From an uncultured Alphaproteobacteria bacterium (lineage in GTDB: Bacteria > Pseudomonadota > Alphaproteobacteria > HIMB59 > GCA-002718135), in the NCBI GenBank assembly GCA_902585605.1, contig CACIED010000001.1:560240-624239 (forward strand): a stretch of DNA of 64,000 nucleotides. The letters are read 5' to 3'. This document shows positions 60,989 through 64,000 of this stretch, piece after piece (the stretch's first letter is position 1; the number at the start of each line of letters is the position of its first letter). The translations under genes were made by a program, and so were the position numbers. The notes below the pieces were generated by a model. That model was not told where the DNA came from and made no database searches. It saw nothing but the letters and a program-made list of their open reading frames with translations.

Positions 60989-61900
60989 ATGGATATTTTA
61001 TTTTCGATTATTGGATTAGGGCTTTTAGTTTTAGGTGCTGAAATAATTATTAGAGGTTCAGTTAGTTTTGGAAGAAAAATTAATATCTCGTTGTTTGCAA
61101 TTGGTGTTGTAATTGTAGCTGGGGGAACATCATTACCTGAATTGGCAAGCAGCATTAATGCAGTTCTTAATGATTTTTCGGATCTTGCTTTAGGCGCTGT
61201 AGTTGGAAGTAATATTGCAAACTTGATACTTGTAATGGCCACTACAACATTAATTTTTCCAATTGTAAATATAAATAAAAATCAAATTAACCAAGCTTGG
61301 ATAAATATTATTTTAGGAATTGTATTAATTATTATGACTTTTTTTTATTTTAATTTTATTTTTGGATTAGTTGCAACTACATCATTAATTTTTCTAATGT
61401 ATGTTCAAATAAAAAAAGGAGAAATTGATAATTTAGAAATAGATAAAAACGATTATTCAATAACAATCTCATTAATATTAATTATAATAGGTATAGCATG
61501 TTTAGTGTTTGGTGCAGATTTACTTATTGATTCAGCAATTAACATTGCAAGAACTTATAATGTTCCTGCTTCAGTAATTGGATTATCATTAGTAGCTTTT
61601 GGAACTTCCCTTCCAGAACTTGCAGTTGGTATTGTTTCTGCCTTTAGAAAAAAGATTGATTTTGCTCTAGGAAATATTCTGGGGTCTAATATTTATAATG
61701 TATTAGGTGTTCTAGGTATTAGTTCATTTTTTGGTAATTTTAAAGTTCCTGCAGTTTTAGCAAATCAAGACTTATACTTCATGTTATCAATTACAGCATT
61801 AATTTTAATGTTTATGATTTTTGCAAAAAAAATTGGACGTATTTACGGAATTATCGGATTAACTTTGTATTTTGGATATATGTATTTCATTTACATATAA
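60989..61900 (+). CDS. Calcium/sodium antiporter (YrbG family)
   Basis: Two GTSLPE alpha-repeats and two GSNI motifs; about 10 TM helices. Confidence 0.9.
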   Translation: MDILFSIIGLGLLVLGAEIIIRGSVSFGRKINISLFAIGVVIVAGGTSLPELASSINAVLNDFSDLALGAVVGSNIANLILVMATTTLIFPIVNINKNQINQAWINIILGIVLIIMTFFYFNFIFGLVATTSLIFLMYVQIKKGEIDNLEIDKNDYSITISLILIIIGIACLVFGADLLIDSAINIARTYNVPASVIGLSLVAFGTSLPELAVGIVSAFRKKIDFALGNILGSNIYNVLGVLGISSFFGNFKVPAVLANQDLYFMLSITALILMFMIFAKKIGRIYGIIGLTLYFGYMYFIYI

Positions 61901-61935
61901 TTTTAATTAATAAAAAAAATTCTATTAAAAGAATC

Positions 61936-62727
61936 ATGAACTTAGAATTACATAAATCAAAAAATTTATTAAAAATATTAAATACTGCTATAGATGCAGG
62001 TAAGGAAATTCAAAAAGTATATAAAAAATCTTTTAATGTAAAAATAAAAGATGATAATTCACCTATTACCGAAGCTGATATAAAATCAAATAATTTAATT
62101 TTAAATAGATTAAAATCTTTTAGCCCGAATGTTCCTATATTAAGCGAAGAAAGTCTAATAGAATGGAAAGAAAGAAAAACTTGGAATTCATATTGGTTAA
62201 TAGATCCATTAGATGGAACTAAAGAATTTATAAAAAAAAATGGAGAATTTACAGTTAACATTGCATTAATAAAAAATAATTCACCAATATTTGGTATTAT
62301 ATATGCGCCTGCTAAGTCTTTGCTTTATTATGCTTTAAAAAACAATGGCGCATATAAATTAATTACAGAATCAAATATTGAATCAACTAAAGATTTTATA
62401 AAAATAAATTCTGTTAAAGAAAAAAGTAATTTAACAAAGGTTATTGGTAGTCGATCACATTCTAATAAAGATTTTGATAATTGGATAAATGATAATTGCA
62501 ATAATTTTGAATTAATCAAAATTGGTAGTTCTCTTAAATTTTGTTACTTAGCTGAAAGTAAGGCAAATATCTATCCAAGACTAGGTCCAACTTCAGAATG
62601 GGATATTGCTGCTGGACATATTATTCTTGAAGAGGCAGGAGGTTCAGTTAAAGATTTTAATAAAAATATATTACTATACAACACGAAAGAAAGTGTTATT
62701 AACCCTAATTTTATCGCTAAAATATAA
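61936..62727 (+). CDS. cysQ: 3'(2'),5'-bisphosphate nucleotidase
   Basis: SPITEAD, LSEE, DPLDGTKEF, GSSLK and EWDIAAG. Confidence 0.92.
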   Translation: MNLELHKSKNLLKILNTAIDAGKEIQKVYKKSFNVKIKDDNSPITEADIKSNNLILNRLKSFSPNVPILSEESLIEWKERKTWNSYWLIDPLDGTKEFIKKNGEFTVNIALIKNNSPIFGIIYAPAKSLLYYALKNNGAYKLITESNIESTKDFIKINSVKEKSNLTKVIGSRSHSNKDFDNWINDNCNNFELIKIGSSLKFCYLAESKANIYPRLGPTSEWDIAAGHIILEEAGGSVKDFNKNILLYNTKESVINPNFIAKI

Positions 62728-62738
62728 ATTATAATCAT

Positions 62739-63152
62739 ATGAAAATACTTATTTGTGGTCTCCCTGGTGCTGGTAAAACTTGGTTAGCTGAAAGACTTAT
62801 TAAAGTAATTGATAATTGTGCTTGGTATAACGCAGATGTAGTCAGGAAGTCAGCAAACGATTGGGATTTTACGATGGAAGGTAGAATACGACAAGCCAAT
62901 AGAATGAAAACATTTGCCGATTTCGAAAAACAAAATGGAAGATGGGTAATTTGTGACTTCGTAGCACCAACTGAAAAAGCAAGAGAAGCTTTTGAACCTG
63001 ATTTTGTTATCTGGCTGGATACTATTAAAGAAGGTAGGTTTGAAGATACAAATAAAATGTTTGAACAACCAAATAAAACTGACATTAAAATAACTAAATT
63101 TTTATCAGATGAAGAAATAGAAAATCTAGCAAAGGAGATTAAAAATGTTTGA
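62739..63152 (+). CDS. Short adenylyl-sulfate-kinase-like P-loop kinase
   Basis: GLPGAGKT, NADVVR, WDFTMEGRIRQ and CDFVAP, echoing APS kinase; only 137 aa. Confidence 0.65.
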   Translation: MKILICGLPGAGKTWLAERLIKVIDNCAWYNADVVRKSANDWDFTMEGRIRQANRMKTFADFEKQNGRWVICDFVAPTEKAREAFEPDFVIWLDTIKEGRFEDTNKMFEQPNKTDIKITKFLSDEEIENLAKEIKNV

Positions 63153-63540
63153 TTGGAAAAAACCAACAGTACAAATGTTAGGTAGATGGCAACCATGGCA
63201 TGACGGACATACAGAATTATTTAAAAGAGCACTTCAGAAAACAGGTCAGGTATGTATTATGTATCGTGACGTGGGAGGTGTAGATGCAGGTGTAGAGGGT
63301 CAAGCTGACAATCCATTTCAATTTGAAGAGGTAAAAGCAAAAATTAATGAAGGTTTAGCTCAACATGGTTTTACTGATGGAAAAGAATATGTAGTTGTTA
63401 AGGTTCCAAACATTATTGATATTTCTTATGGAAGAGGAGTTGGCTATTCATTTACAGAACATGATTTAGGAAAAGAAATACATGATATCTCGGCAACAAA
63501 AATTAGAAATGAAATGAGAGTTAAAGGGGAATTAAAATAA
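63145..63540 (+). CDS. HIGH-superfamily nucleotidyltransferase (cytidylyltransferase-like)
   Basis: GRWQPWHDGH (HxGH) and ISATKIR (KMSKS-like) motifs; 131 aa. Confidence 0.72.
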   Translation: MFDWKKPTVQMLGRWQPWHDGHTELFKRALQKTGQVCIMYRDVGGVDAGVEGQADNPFQFEEVKAKINEGLAQHGFTDGKEYVVVKVPNIIDISYGRGVGYSFTEHDLGKEIHDISATKIRNEMRVKGELK

Positions 63541-63541
63541 G

Positions 63542-64000
63542 CTAAATTTTTTCTCCTGCTGGTTTTCCATATCCAACATTTTTTTTCCCATATCGTCTTA
63601 CTCTCACATTACATTGTTCTGCATGACCTATAAAACCTTCTAAATGTGAAAGTCTAGATCCATATTCTCCGATGAGAGTTGCAGCTTCATCTGTCATAAT
63701 CTTTTGATAAGTATGGGTTTTAATAAACTTACCAACCCACAAACCACCAGTATATCTACCAGCTTTTTTAGTAGGAAGAGTATGATTAGTGCCTATGACT
63801 TTATCGCCATTAGCAACATTAGTTCTAGCACCCAAAAATAGAGCTCCATAAGATGTCATATTTTCTAAAAACCAATCATCTTTTTTTGTCATAACCTGAA
63901 CGTGCTCTGATGCTATTTCATTTGCTTTAGATAACATCTCCTCATAAGTATTACATAAAATCATTTCTCCATAATCTCTCCAGCTTGTACTTGCTGTTTC
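63542..64000 (-). CDS. hpsN: Histidinol-dehydrogenase-family protein, probably sulfopropanediol 3-dehydrogenase (5' part outside the window)
   Basis: [30 protein letters not shown] and [19 protein letters not shown] resemble HpsN more than HisD. The frame stays open to position 64000. Confidence 0.7.
   Translation of the reverse strand, partial: ETASTSWRDYGEMILCNTYEEMLSKANEIASEHVQVMTKKDDWFLENMTSYGALFLGARTNVANGDKVIGTNHTLPTKKAGRYTGGLWVGKFIKTHTYQKIMTDEAATLIGEYGSRLSHLEGFIGHAEQCNVRVRRYGKKNVGYGKPAGEKI

Noticed and set aside
62735-63196. 153-aa minus-strand ORF
   Set aside because: Antisense to the APS-kinase-like gene, which has clear motifs. The same reasoning applies to the other short track ORFs nested in recognised genes (e.g. 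296-595, 757-972, 37637-38011, 55678-56031).

Overview
A 64-kb, very AT-rich, densely packed segment of a genome-streamlined alphaproteobacterium. It looks marine and SAR11/MarineAlpha-like, but the lineage cannot be fixed from sequence alone. Most of it is conserved alphaproteobacterial core synteny: yejAB, hisN, cycM, kdsB, pheA, ffs-dnaX-ybaB-recR-def-fmt-truA, dapE-dapD-argB-engB-yidC-yidD-rnpA-rpmH, petABC, ychF-pth-rplY-prs, lgt, proC, MarR/OmpR/EnvZ, ilvE, moaDE, pgsA and uvrC. Three accessory-type blocks stand out. (1) 14.9-21.7 kb is an orphan CUT1 ABC-transporter catabolic operon with no ATPase or regulator. It encodes a creatininase-family hydrolase, an unknown TIM-barrel-like protein, an MBL-fold hydrolase and a Gfo/Idh/MocA dehydrogenase. 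(2) 32.8-38.4 kb is a zinc-homeostasis locus: zur-znuBC, a near-consensus Zur box, ZnuA with a 68-residue perfect D-H-(DDH)22 repeat, CobW-WD40-small CHEPDC protein, and an unannotated 27-29 aa micro-ORF with 9 Cys that looks like a new type of bacterial metallothionein (best candidate for a novel system). (3) 57.5-64 kb is an organosulfur block: xsc, a GMC oxidoreductase, cysQ, a minimal APS-kinase-like plus nucleotidyltransferase pair, and a partial hpsN-like gene. The ORF track also missed the SRP RNA, rpmH and a 58-aa ORF. Cytochrome b carries an atypical PNWY Qo motif, and the CCA-type nucleotidyltransferase is truncated. I found no rRNA, tRNA, CRISPR, integrase or transposase.
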